42,258 nucleotides of DNA from a virus (Duplodnaviria > Caudoviricetes). A model generated the notes under the pieces. That model did not search any database. It saw only the letters and a list, made by a program, of their open reading frames with translations, and was not told where the DNA came from. A program made the translations under genes and the position numbers. Below, piece by piece: positions 26,119-35,837 of this stretch. Position 1 is the stretch's first letter, and the number at the start of each line of letters is the position of its first letter. Where the stretch lies: the IMG/VR virus record IMGVR_UViG_3300021791_000003, positions 1 to 42,258 of that record. One strand, 5' to 3'.

Positions 26119-27180
26119 CTAGGCTGGAACTGTAGCCGGAATATTAGTCGCAGTTCCGACACTTAGAGTTTGAGGACGAGTACAGATATGAAGAACGTTG
26201 TGTTGTGTAAACAACTCAATACCTTCATCATAATCTAATCGTCTCTGCTTTGCATAAATCTTCTTACCTGGAGTATTAATTGTTTCTACAAAGTTAGCAG
26301 GTGCCATAACTTCTTGAAACAATCCACGAACTCCTGTGGCAACAAAGTGACATTTATCATCAGCAACAAAAGTAACGTCACCTATGATTCCCCGATAATT
26401 CATCCAAAAGATATTGGCAAATGGGAATCCATTAGAATTTGCATTATACTCTGAACCGGACTGGAGGGTCCTAAGATATGTTCCAGCAGATCCGTCTCCA
26501 CCTACCCAACGAGTATATGCGTCAGTTACATCGGCATGCGTCACGAGAGCATCAAAGAATCGATCACCGCAGATACCAATAATTCCCGTATAAGAGTCGC
26601 CGCCCAAAGCGGTCGCCATCATTCGATGAACCGACTGAGCATTCAATTTCATGCTATCATTACCGGCACCCATATCGAAGGTGATTGTATCTTGAGTAAT
26701 CCCAAACTCTGTAAATAGATTATACAAAGTTGTGGTATTATCACCATCTAAGATGGTTCCTTTAACCGCTCCGAGTCTTCCAAATTCTAGAGAAGTCTCA
26801 TGATTAGCACGCATTCCATCGAGATTTTCATTTACAACTGCTCCAATAGCTTCTAGTTCTGTTTCAGAACCGAAGGCCCTCACTCCTTCCAAATCATCCG
26901 CCATAATAGTCTGAATTTGCGGATAATGGGGAATTCTCAAATCCCGAATTGTCCTGCTTGGCTGAGAACGTGCATTTGTTTTGTCTCCTCGTCCAGCCGA
27001 AACGAGGAGAGAAAGTTTCCCTTGGCTGTCTTCTACCGCTGCAGTTAGAGTTCGTACTGGCTTTGGCTCAAAAATATTCATTGAACCTAGCAGTTTAGGC
27101 TGATACGGCATTTTATTAACCGCCTCAGTTAAACTAAACATTGAAAATGCATTAGCGTCAAATACGTCGATTGCAGGCAT
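26119..27180 (-). CDS. Major capsid protein (HK97 fold, phage capsid E family)
   Basis: FSMFSLTEAVNKMPYQP...VRAFGSETE...GAVKGTILD...CTRP pattern. Confidence 0.9.
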   Translation of the reverse strand: MPAIDVFDANAFSMFSLTEAVNKMPYQPKLLGSMNIFEPKPVRTLTAAVEDSQGKLSLLVSAGRGDKTNARSQPSRTIRDLRIPHYPQIQTIMADDLEGVRAFGSETELEAIGAVVNENLDGMRANHETSLEFGRLGAVKGTILDGDNTTTLYNLFTEFGITQDTITFDMGAGNDSMKLNAQSVHRMMATALGGDSYTGIIGICGDRFFDALVTHADVTDAYTRWVGGDGSAGTYLRTLQSGSEYNANSNGFPFANIFWMNYRGIIGDVTFVADDKCHFVATGVRGLFQEVMAPANFVETINTPGKKIYAKQRRLDYDEGIELFTQHNVLHICTRPQTLSVGTATNIPATVPA

Positions 27181-27217
27181 GGTATTCTCCGAATTTTATA
27201 CTCAATAAGAAATTTAC

Positions 27218-27661
27218 TTACGAAGATTGTGTAGTTGACTTGGTCGGTTCAGCAACAAGTTTAAGGTCGATTGCTGCCGCTGCAGTAGAAAGTACTACGG
27301 TACTGAATGCAACATCTGTTGCATCATTCGATGGCAACTTCGTAGAATTAATTACACCAGGACCCTTATCAATTACAGTGTAAGGAGATGCAAAAGCAGT
27401 TTCTCCCGACGTTGCAGGAAGGTCAACAATTGGCCTTCCAGACACGATAAAGGCAATAACGTCAGCAGTATCGTCCGATTCAAGAGCCAATTTATACTTT
27501 CCTGTACCTGACCCTACTTTAAGTGGATATCCAACTACATCCGCTAGATTTTGAATAGAACCTGTATCATTTTCAATCGTTCCGCTCATGTAATTATTAG
27601 CGGTAGATTCAAGATGAAGGACAAAATCACCACCACGACTCGCAATTGTTTTCACTGCCAT
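27218..27661 (-). CDS. Head decoration protein
   Basis: Between the protease/scaffold and capsid genes; 147 aa, beta-rich. Confidence 0.6.
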   Translation of the reverse strand: MAVKTIASRGGDFVLHLESTANNYMSGTIENDTGSIQNLADVVGYPLKVGSGTGKYKLALESDDTADVIAFIVSGRPIVDLPATSGETAFASPYTVIDKGPGVINSTKLPSNDATDVAFSTVVLSTAAAAIDLKLVAEPTKSTTQSS

Positions 27662-27696
27662 TTCTTATTTCCACCTATTTACGAGATTGAAATACT

Positions 27697-28872
27697 CTAC
27701 TTAATTAATCCAGCCAGAAAACCATGGTCATCCGCTGTACCTTTAATCTTCTCTGCATCGCTCTTAGAGAGTTTAACGAGCCCTTGAGGACCGGTTGAAC
27801 TTCCCAAATCAACTACACTATTTTCAGCCAAAATATCAATAAAAGTGTCAAACCTATCATTAAAGTTCTCAGAAAGAACGAGAGTCACTCCCTCGTCTGT
27901 ACAAAAGGTCTCCTTCATCCTTTGCATAACGACTGGAGAAATCTTAGACCCCTGTACGAGCTGAGAGAGCTTAAGTTCTCTATTCTCTAGAATAGTTTTC
28001 TTAATCGCATCACTTACGGGAATCTTTGGTCCTTTCTCTGGATTTTTAGCCTTATAGGTCTCAAAGGAAAGGGATAACTCCTTATTTTTACTCTTCGATT
28101 CCTCTAGAAGGATCTTTTGACCCCTCAACTCTTTCACTTCCTTCTGGATTGCTGTGAACGCCTCTTCTTCTTTTACATCTTTAGCAAGACTCAGGCCAAT
28201 ATTTTCGGCCAGCTCTAGAATTTTCGGCATCTCATCTTCCTTTAATAATGGTGTTGAAGTACTAGCTACTATAGGGGTGTATCCGTCTAATTTATTAATA
28301 ACAGGGTAAGATGTAGCTGCAACGTGTCGAATTGGATATACGTGAGTTTTTCCAGAAGAGTCCTTATACTTCGGGGGAGAATAAATACTCACTTGATTCT
28401 TTAATCCAATTTTTGCAGAATCTTGATCAAAAAACTTTGTCGTTAGGAACAACCCACTTCTACCCTCTGAATCTAATTTAACTCTTGATCCCGTAATCTT
28501 TCCTAAATTAGCTTCGGGATCTTGAGTATGCTCCTTAGGAATAGGAATATCGATTCCTAATTCCATAAATTCTTTTATTTTATCATCCCAATGGTTTAAA
28601 ACTTCATCATCTACATTAAACTCAAAATCATCTTTAACAAAATCTCCAGCGTAAATAACTTCTTTTTCGTACTCTAATTCTCCAACTTTTTCATACTCCA
28701 GCTCTTCTCCACAGTTTAAGGCGAACGCTTTGAGGTCTTTTACACCTTTTATATATGCTCCCCGACATTTTTCAGTCGCTTGCCTCTTAGAAATTCCATT
28801 CTTTTTAATTAAAAACGGAACTCCTCTCTTTAAATATTCTTCTAAACCTTCTCCAAATTTTACAGAGAGCAT
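27697..28872 (-). CDS. Prohead protease + scaffold (Mu gpI/Z-like)
   Basis: IPKEH...VSIYSP...IRHVAATSYPVINKL, followed by a charged helical scaffold region (internal Met MPKILE). Confidence 0.75.
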   Translation of the reverse strand: MLSVKFGEGLEEYLKRGVPFLIKKNGISKRQATEKCRGAYIKGVKDLKAFALNCGEELEYEKVGELEYEKEVIYAGDFVKDDFEFNVDDEVLNHWDDKIKEFMELGIDIPIPKEHTQDPEANLGKITGSRVKLDSEGRSGLFLTTKFFDQDSAKIGLKNQVSIYSPPKYKDSSGKTHVYPIRHVAATSYPVINKLDGYTPIVASTSTPLLKEDEMPKILELAENIGLSLAKDVKEEEAFTAIQKEVKELRGQKILLEESKSKNKELSLSFETYKAKNPEKGPKIPVSDAIKKTILENRELKLSQLVQGSKISPVVMQRMKETFCTDEGVTLVLSENFNDRFDTFIDILAENSVVDLGSSTGPQGLVKLSKSDAEKIKGTADDHGFLAGLIK

Positions 28873-28883
28873 ATTTACCTCAA

Positions 28884-29378
28884 CTAAGAGAGAAATCCAT
28901 TAATCCAAATTGGATCAACTAATAGAGTATCACCACTAGCCGCTTCAGCTGGAACATTGAACGGATAATTCCCGCTAATTTTAGTCGCTGATAGCTTTAA
29001 TTGGCCCTTCATGATTTGAGCGATCATTCTGTCTGAATTTTTTCTTTGTTGTGCAATTGAATCCTCTGAGGAAGAATCGACCACTCTATTCGTATCATAC
29101 AGCATAATTCCTGTCATAGATGCTGCTAAATATATAATAATCTGCTCAACTGTTCCTGTTGTTGGGTCTTCTGACGTTCCCCTAACTCCAAACGGAAGAG
29201 TGTACGGTCCTTCTCTAAATCTTCCATCTATCATTTCTTTTGACATAGATGCTGACCAGTCTATTCTAGACGCATCTTTAATTCCGGTATTATTTGAATC
29301 AGACCATCTTTCTACAGAGTCTTGTCCAAATATATTAAAAAGATCAAATTCATTACAATAGTAGTCACCATCAGCCAT
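28884..29378 (-). CDS. Head-tail adaptor (Mu gp36/DUF1320-like)
   Basis: YC..DL...FG...IDG.F...YTLPF...I.KGQLKL. Confidence 0.7.
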   Translation of the reverse strand: MADGDYYCNEFDLFNIFGQDSVERWSDSNNTGIKDASRIDWSASMSKEMIDGRFREGPYTLPFGVRGTSEDPTTGTVEQIIIYLAASMTGIMLYDTNRVVDSSSEDSIAQQRKNSDRMIAQIMKGQLKLSATKISGNYPFNVPAEAASGDTLLVDPIWINGFLS

Positions 29379-29380
29379 AA

Positions 29381-29572
29381 CTAAGACCTCTGTACCGAGG
29401 ATGTTTTATCTGTTTCAATACTTCTTTTATTTTGATGGACTACTTCTCTAAGTAAGTTTACTTGTTTTTCCTTCACCCTTCCTACTGACCCACTCATTGA
29501 GAGAAAATAAACAATTTCTTCTAAGGTCTCAATTCTTTCTTTTAAATCGTTCATCGTCACCATCATCGTCAT
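29381..29572 (-). CDS. Small coiled-coil hypothetical protein
   Basis: Overlaps the end of the portal gene and abuts the next gene. Confidence 0.45.
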   Translation of the reverse strand: MTMMVTMNDLKERIETLEEIVYFLSMSGSVGRVKEKQVNLLREVVHQNKRSIETDKTSSVQRS

Positions 29573-30971
29573 CCTCTTTTGGACTATTAGAAGGAGAGAG
29601 TATTACTTTCTCAATTTTTAGTTGCTTCTCTCCGGGCTGTAAAGGAACTCCCAGCTCTTCAGAAATAGCTCTAGCGTCTATTAATTCTGATAACCCACGA
29701 AGTCCTTCCCCGTCTTGGAGTATCCTACTGAATGATTCTTTTAATATTGAAAATCTAGCATCAATTAATGGACTTACTTGGATGCTTACAGTGTTCTCAG
29801 CCTCTTCTCCATAATTAACACGAAGAAAAGTATTAACAGGCCCCTTATTGATTTCTTGAACGATCATCCTGTGCTTACGATCAATATTTGCAATTCCCGC
29901 CTCTGCATGGGTGTCAGCCTCAGCCTTTGTTCCAAACTTGCCCTCTAATACCGCCCTTTCAGGTATCCCCATTGCTCGAACTTTAAGATTATCTAAATAC
30001 TTCAACCTATCTGTAAATTGAGCATTTACATTACTACCTGCAGAGAGGAGTTCAATTCTCCATTTTCCCTTGGTGTTCTTATCAACGTCATCATCCATCC
30101 ATTCTTGAACTTCGTCTGGAATAGCAGTCGATCCATTAGCCTCTAAAGTGGTTAAAATTCTCTTTGCAATAACATCATTATTTGTATCAACTGCAGCAAC
30201 TTCGGGATCTAAAGAAAATGGTGTTTTTCCTACTGGAAAATAAACAATCCAATGAGCCCCAGCAATTTTTTGATCAAACCTTGTAGCCGATTTATCTACT
30301 GAATCCCACTTATCTTGAATAGATTTTGTTTTTCCTAATGAACTAACCCCATACCAATCGGTACCTTCTACTTCTAAATTGAAGTTTAATGCTTTTCCTT
30401 CCCCCACAATAGAATTTCTTCCTCCAGCAGGTTCATTACTAAATCCCCAAAATTTTCCATCATCAATATTAATTAAAATCCAAGTCCATTCATGTAGGAG
30501 TTGTTTAAACCAAATAGGAACTACTTTCCCCTTTCTATTCAATCCCCATACAATTTCAAAAGGGGACCATCCATAGTCAATACACCCTAAAAAAGAATCC
30601 TGTAGAAGTGTAAGCCTATGGTGAAAAAATTCTTCCTTAATTTCCTCTTTGGCTCCATCCGGAGCACCTTCTCTCTCCTCTACAGTCCAAGGAGTTGAGA
30701 TTGCAGGAGAAATTATTATTTCCCGAACTAAAGAAATAGTTGGATCTTTTCTCAAATTCCTAACTTGATTTTCAGTTGGTCTCAACCAACTTTCTTTAAC
30801 TAGTCTAGAATCTCCTGAGGGAAAATACCTAGTTTGCGGTCCTGTAACCGATACTGTATCAGACCTCTCCGTTATTTGTGGATCTATTATCCCTGATGAG
30901 TTATTAGAATCTGCAGATAAAGATTCTAAAGTTGCTGTAAGACCTTGAGGATCTGATACGATATTAGCCAT
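29529..30971 (-). CDS. Portal protein (Mu gp29/DUF935-like)
   Basis: IDYGWSPFEIVW, WYGVSSL, LKYLD...G..AEADTH, and FLRVNYG motifs. Confidence 0.85.
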   Translation of the reverse strand: MANIVSDPQGLTATLESLSADSNNSSGIIDPQITERSDTVSVTGPQTRYFPSGDSRLVKESWLRPTENQVRNLRKDPTISLVREIIISPAISTPWTVEEREGAPDGAKEEIKEEFFHHRLTLLQDSFLGCIDYGWSPFEIVWGLNRKGKVVPIWFKQLLHEWTWILINIDDGKFWGFSNEPAGGRNSIVGEGKALNFNLEVEGTDWYGVSSLGKTKSIQDKWDSVDKSATRFDQKIAGAHWIVYFPVGKTPFSLDPEVAAVDTNNDVIAKRILTTLEANGSTAIPDEVQEWMDDDVDKNTKGKWRIELLSAGSNVNAQFTDRLKYLDNLKVRAMGIPERAVLEGKFGTKAEADTHAEAGIANIDRKHRMIVQEINKGPVNTFLRVNYGEEAENTVSIQVSPLIDARFSILKESFSRILQDGEGLRGLSELIDARAISEELGVPLQPGEKQLKIEKVILSPSNSPKEDDDDGDDERFKRKN

Positions 30972-30972
30972 G

Positions 30973-31299
30973 TCAAGCCACCTCTTCTAACTTTCTTCCA
31001 CCTACATTTGATCCTTCTGGAATATCTGTAAGTGTAATTACTAATCCTGAGCCGCTTCCACCACCAAAATTAGTAATTCTCGCATTAACTCCAGGGGGCA
31101 ATATTACAATCGCTGAACTAGCCGCGGTGAGATATCCAGGATCTCCAGATACAGCTGTAGGAACCCAGTTCGTTCCATCGTTAAATTCAATTGCAATTTC
31201 TTCTGCTGCAAAGGTCCCAGAAACGGCAAGAATTGCTTCTCTTCCCACCCAAGTAAATGGTGTTGCTAAAGCAAACACCTGCGGAGGTCGAACTGCCAT
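30973..31299 (-). CDS. Small beta-sandwich structural protein
   Basis: VSGTF...IEFNDGTNWV pattern. Confidence 0.5.
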   Translation of the reverse strand: MAVRPPQVFALATPFTWVGREAILAVSGTFAAEEIAIEFNDGTNWVPTAVSGDPGYLTAASSAIVILPPGVNARITNFGGGSGSGLVITLTDIPEGSNVGGRKLEEVA

Positions 31300-31311
31300 T
31301 TTATTTCCTTC

Positions 31312-31500
31312 TTAGAGAAAATATAGTCTCATTAATACTAATATTGAAATAAAGATCTCTGATAATTTACTCGTTAAACTCGTTGTAACTTTGTGCGATA
31401 AGTCTATAGAATTCAAATCAGCATCACTGGGATCTGGACCAATTTGTAACTGTGTCCCACCAATAGAAAGCGTGCTGCTGTTTAACTCTACGATAGGCAT
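31312..31500 (-). CDS. Small hypothetical protein with hydrophobic C-terminus
   Basis: Has a GGAGG RBS; N-terminal LSIGGT motif. Confidence 0.45.
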   Translation of the reverse strand: MPIVELNSSTLSIGGTQLQIGPDPSDADLNSIDLSHKVTTSLTSKLSEIFISILVLMRLYFL

Positions 31501-31502
31501 AA

Positions 31503-31925
31503 TTACCTCCCAGCACCTTCATTAATAAGTCTTTTAACTTCCATAATTATATCCCCCTCGGTTCGCTCGTCAATCAACCTCTCATCTCTAAATTTAACTA
31601 AATCAGCTTGTCCAAGCTTAAATATAGCCGCTATAACTGTTTCAAATCCTGCAATACTTTCAAGAGAATTAATAGCTACTACTGCTTCTCTAGCTTCTGC
31701 TGAATCCTCTATAATTTCCTGAGCAGTCATTTCATAATTCTCAACATCCTCCCACATAAAACTAACTTCTGGAGGTCCGTCATAGACGGTTTGTTTTCCT
31801 GTAGGCCAAGAGGGCAAATCAGCAACAGTGTATCCATCAGAAAGGCTTCTTCCAGTGCTCCCAACAGGTACTTGTTGTCCTGGAGAAAGTTTGAATTTAT
31901 ACAATGGCATTTTCTTTTTCCTCAT
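31503..31925 (-). CDS. Hypothetical protein (start probably MPLYKF)
   Basis: Overlaps the 3' end of the coiled-coil gene. Confidence 0.5.
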   Translation of the reverse strand: MRKKKMPLYKFKLSPGQQVPVGSTGRSLSDGYTVADLPSWPTGKQTVYDGPPEVSFMWEDVENYEMTAQEIIEDSAEAREAVVAINSLESIAGFETVIAAIFKLGQADLVKFRDERLIDERTEGDIIMEVKRLINEGAGR

Positions 31926-32817
31926 ACCCTAAAGTTGCAATTTTAGAAAATTCTGCATTAAGTCCTCTTCTTTGAGCACGGGCAGTTGGACAATCTTTAT
32001 ACTTTTCAGACATTCTTTCTAAGAATTTACATTCTGCTTCATGCATGTCTACAGGACTTGGATATGTTCCATTATTTGCAGATAAAATAATCTGTTCTTC
32101 TTGTCTAAAGAAATCTGTTATATCTTTCTGTGCTTGAGTCCCGTTTATCCCTAAATGATGGAAATAAATAAAATCTCCATTATCAATAACTCCTCCTCGA
32201 CTACGAGCCGCACAGAGAGATTGTTCAAATGCCATTATGATATGATGGCGTACCTCGTCTTCCTCAAAATCTAACTCTGTAATTTCATCTTTATTTAATC
32301 GTTCTTTAATAATTACTTCTAGTCGATTAAATTGTTCATAATATACTGTTAATTTACGAATAGCTCCAGAAATAAAGACTTCGCCTCTCCGCATTTGACT
32401 TTCAAGTTTTTCTGCCTGTAAAATAATTTGTGCATGTTCTAGGCGATTTAACTCGATTGATTCGGGTTCCTCATATAAATCATAACTTTCTTCAAGCCCC
32501 TTAAACTCTCCAGCCTTAATACGTAACTTCTGAACTTCACATTGAGAATGCTTACGTTTATTGATTCCTTCTTCTAATGCTTCTTCAGTACGATTTATTT
32601 CTGTTAAAAGTTGACGACAATTTCTAAGTTGTGTAAGCCCGCCTAATGGTGCTGTATTGTCTAAATGCGTATACTGAAATTGAGTATGGCTTTTACCAAT
32701 ATGAGAAATTAAACGAAATGCAGGCTCTCTTGAAGATTCAATCACTTCTAACATAGGAGTATAATCCTCTGTTAAAGCCAATGACTGAATTTCTTTAATT
32801 GGTATTAATGACGCCAT
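31897..32817 (-). CDS. Coiled-coil protein coupled to the DFGDL-repeat gene
   Basis: TAATG overlap; HTQFQ...LRNCRQLLTEI...FEEDEVRHHI...A...G.ID.G. Confidence 0.65.
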   Translation of the reverse strand: MASLIPIKEIQSLALTEDYTPMLEVIESSREPAFRLISHIGKSHTQFQYTHLDNTAPLGGLTQLRNCRQLLTEINRTEEALEEGINKRKHSQCEVQKLRIKAGEFKGLEESYDLYEEPESIELNRLEHAQIILQAEKLESQMRRGEVFISGAIRKLTVYYEQFNRLEVIIKERLNKDEITELDFEEDEVRHHIIMAFEQSLCAARSRGGVIDNGDFIYFHHLGINGTQAQKDITDFFRQEEQIILSANNGTYPSPVDMHEAECKFLERMSEKYKDCPTARAQRRGLNAEFSKIATLGYEEKENAIV

Positions 32818-34643
32818 TATAAGAGTCCTCCATTTACATCAGATGTTCCCGCTGATTCAAAGGTCTCCGTATTCAAGTCTCCGAAATCAATTGCATCTCC
32901 TGTAGAGGCGATTGTGATATAATCCATTACCTCTTGGTACGAATAATATAGTCCTCCGCACCACACTCCCCTTGTTGCATTTGACGTAGATCCAGCTCCC
33001 TTTCTCTGGGCGGTCAAATCTCCAAAATCAGTTGCATCTCCTGTAGAGGCTGTGGTTATATATTCAATCGTGTCAGAATATACAGTGTTATAGGTTCCCG
33101 CTCCAAAACATGACCTAGTTGAACTTGCACATGCCGACAAGTGAGTAAAGACGTTGCCGAAGTCTCCAAAGTCAATTGCATTTCCTGTGGAGGCTGTAGT
33201 TACATAATCCAACACGTCTTTGTAACTACCGTCGTACCCTCCTCCCCAAACTGATCGTGTATTCGATCCTGCACACGCGATATGGTCTCTTGAATCAGTC
33301 AAATCTCCAAAATCAGTTGCATCTCCTGTAGAGGCTATGGTCACATAATCAATTACCTCCGTTTGAGAGGGAATATATCCTCCACCAAACACTGCACGGG
33401 TGTCATTATTCCATCCAGCGAGGTGAGTTACTGCATTATTGAGATCTCCAAAATCAATCGAATTTGCGGGAGTAGCAATTGTTGTATAATCAATTACATT
33501 CTGGTGTACATAACCAGTGTTTCTGCCTCCTGCTGTCAATCCGCGAGAGTTACTTGCAGCAGATGCTGGATACATCCTTGCAACAGTAAGGTCACCAAAT
33601 TGAATAGCATCAGATGTGGTTGCAATAGTAATAAATTGAATTTCAGAAATTGCAGTCGCCGCTTTGCCGCCGCTGATCACGCCTCTATCGATTCCAATAA
33701 ATGGTGGTCCTGTAGGCAATCCTCCATGAGTATCAGAGCAACCGCTCATGTTCTGTCTTCCATCAAGTATATCTCCAAAATCAGTTGCATTTCCAAGTGT
33801 ACTAATTTGAAAATATTGTATTTTATCAGAGGTTTCACCTCCTGCAAAAATCCCACGATTTGAAAATGTATCAGATAATCCGGTAATGTACTGATACCCA
33901 TTCTCAAGATCTCCAAAATCAGTTGCATCCCCTGGAGTTGCAATTGTTATATAACTTGTTGTTTTGTCTGAAGTATTTCCACCTGCAAAAAGTCCGCGTG
34001 TATTATTAGACGCTGCTCCAATGCCATATCTAGATACTGTTAAATCACCAAAATCAGTAGCATCTCCTATTGACCCGATTGTAACATAATCAATTGTTTT
34101 TGTTGTGCCTGATTCTTGAATATATTCTCCACCAAAAACACCGCGAACTTCGCTAGCTAAACCTCTTGGTCGACGAGCGACAGATAAATCACCAAAATCT
34201 GCAGCATTTCCTATTGTAGCTATTGTGATATATTCGATTTTTATTTGACTTGCAGAACTGCTATTAAGTCCTCCGCCAAACAATCCTCGCGTACCACTAC
34301 CGCAGCCACCTGTATAGGCTGTAGCTATAGATAAATCACCAAAATCAATAGAATTTCCAGTTGAAACAATTGTAACATACTCAATTATATTCGAATATGC
34401 ACCATTTCTACCTACAGCATTACATCCTCGTGTAGCTGATGCAACTGCTGCTCCCGCCCTGTAAGTTCCGGACATGTCCCCAAAATCAGATGTATCAGAC
34501 GGATAAGAACTAGTGAAATACTCAATAATATTTTTAGGGTATACAGAATCTTTTCCTCCCCATAAAATACCACGCCCAATACCAAACTCTACCTCTTCAG
34601 CAATGGCAGGTGCTCTAATTATTATCATCATACTTAAAATCAT
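32817..34643 (-). CDS. Kelch-like double beta-propeller with 12 DFGDL repeats
   Basis: Repeat RGxFxGG...IxYxTIASTGxAxDFGDL in two sets of six, each set ending SDxxGGL. Confidence 0.8.
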   Translation of the reverse strand: MILSMMIIIRAPAIAEEVEFGIGRGILWGGKDSVYPKNIIEYFTSSYPSDTSDFGDMSGTYRAGAAVASATRGCNAVGRNGAYSNIIEYVTIVSTGNSIDFGDLSIATAYTGGCGSGTRGLFGGGLNSSSASQIKIEYITIATIGNAADFGDLSVARRPRGLASEVRGVFGGEYIQESGTTKTIDYVTIGSIGDATDFGDLTVSRYGIGAASNNTRGLFAGGNTSDKTTSYITIATPGDATDFGDLENGYQYITGLSDTFSNRGIFAGGETSDKIQYFQISTLGNATDFGDILDGRQNMSGCSDTHGGLPTGPPFIGIDRGVISGGKAATAISEIQFITIATTSDAIQFGDLTVARMYPASAASNSRGLTAGGRNTGYVHQNVIDYTTIATPANSIDFGDLNNAVTHLAGWNNDTRAVFGGGYIPSQTEVIDYVTIASTGDATDFGDLTDSRDHIACAGSNTRSVWGGGYDGSYKDVLDYVTTASTGNAIDFGDFGNVFTHLSACASSTRSCFGAGTYNTVYSDTIEYITTASTGDATDFGDLTAQRKGAGSTSNATRGVWCGGLYYSYQEVMDYITIASTGDAIDFGDLNTETFESAGTSDVNGGLL

Positions 34644-34696
34644 ATTCTTACTCTCTTTAGTTTAAAATTTAACTCTTAAAATCTAAACTAAATACC

Positions 34697-35515
34697 TTAC
34701 GGTAGTTGAAATCCAAGAGTAATCCACAAACCTTTAGCAGCTGTCGTTTGAACTGCATCAACGTCAACTCTTAATAGATCATTCTCTGAAACATCGTCAT
34801 TAGATGTATCAATAACCGCTGGAGTTGCTGCCGTGTCTGACCCTGTTTCTGCTGAATCAATCGTTAATTTAGTAGAAAGCATATCCGCTGTCTGAGTAAC
34901 ATTATGAATTTGCACATCCATCGTACCCGTTGTACCCGCAGTAATACACTCAGCATGGACTTCAACAAGTTTCATACCATCAAATCCTGCTGGAATATGC
35001 AAATACCCTATATCCCCTGCCCCATCTCCTGCTTCACAATCGGTTGTTGAATTAAATGGAATAATTTGCGTATACTTGATTTCTGAAGTTTTTCCAGTAT
35101 TGTCAACTTTAAATTTAGTTGTTCCGCCAACTCGTAAATCTAATAATTTAGAAGCACCTGGACTTGCCGTATCTGTTTGATTTATCTGTAAACCTATATC
35201 GTCACCACTAGTTGCTTTATTCGCTGTATAATTAAGAGTTAATGCAATCTCATCTCCGGTTGCTTGATCAAGCGTCGCATTAATAATATGATTATCATTT
35301 AAAGTATCTATAACAAATATATCTCCTCCATCAGAATCTTTTCTAACTAAAAGAGCCTCAGCACTGTTTACATCGATTACAATTGCAGCTTCACCCAATC
35401 TTGTTCTCAATGCTGCAATATCAGCCTTTCCACCTGAAGCATCAGGGTCTTGAAAAGGAAGGTACGTCGTTTCAATTAAAGTATGTCCTGAAAGATCTTT
35501 AATTTCTGTTGGCAT
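34697..35515 (-). CDS. Fibre/decoration-like virion protein
   Basis: MPTEIKDL N-terminus; C-terminal beta domain DMLSTKLTID...DLLRVDVD...GLWITLGF. Confidence 0.55.
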   Translation of the reverse strand: MPTEIKDLSGHTLIETTYLPFQDPDASGGKADIAALRTRLGEAAIVIDVNSAEALLVRKDSDGGDIFVIDTLNDNHIINATLDQATGDEIALTLNYTANKATSGDDIGLQINQTDTASPGASKLLDLRVGGTTKFKVDNTGKTSEIKYTQIIPFNSTTDCEAGDGAGDIGYLHIPAGFDGMKLVEVHAECITAGTTGTMDVQIHNVTQTADMLSTKLTIDSAETGSDTAATPAVIDTSNDDVSENDLLRVDVDAVQTTAAKGLWITLGFQLP

Positions 35516-35534
35516 CTTTAGTTCCTAGAGTGAC

Positions 35535-35735
35535 TTAAGTTATTTTAGATTTAACTAAACTTATTATTCCTTCACCCGACGCGCCGAGAAAAAACATAGA
35601 AATAATAACTTTTAACTCTGTTTCATCAAAATGACTAGCATTCATCCAGAGAACTAAAGTTAAAGATATCATCATTACAATGTATCTTATCGTTATGTAT
35701 ATAGGGTGTTCAATACTTTCTGGAATTAATTTCAT
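35535..35735 (-). CDS. Putative holin (2 TM)
   Basis: 66 aa, two hydrophobic helices, basic C-terminus. Confidence 0.45.
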   Translation of the reverse strand: MKLIPESIEHPIYITIRYIVMMISLTLVLWMNASHFDETELKVIISMFFLGASGEGIISLVKSKIT

Positions 35736-35771
35736 AATAACTTAAATGATCCGAAATACTTTTAAATATCC

Positions 35772-35794
35772 CTGCTCTACACTGTGTAGAGCAG
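35772..35794. terminator. Perfect 11-1-11 inverted repeat (terminator/processing hairpin)
   Basis: CTGCTCTACAC-T-GTGTAGAGCAG, intergenic. Confidence 0.5.
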
Positions 35795-35837
35795 AGGTAG
35801 TTAAAACTACTTCAGCAACTGCTGAGTACTAACCCCC

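Noticed and set aside
32817-34643. Diversity-generating retroelement TR/VR pair
   Set aside because: The similar segments are in-frame propeller blades, no adenine-specific mismatch pattern is evident, and there is no reverse transcriptase in the window.
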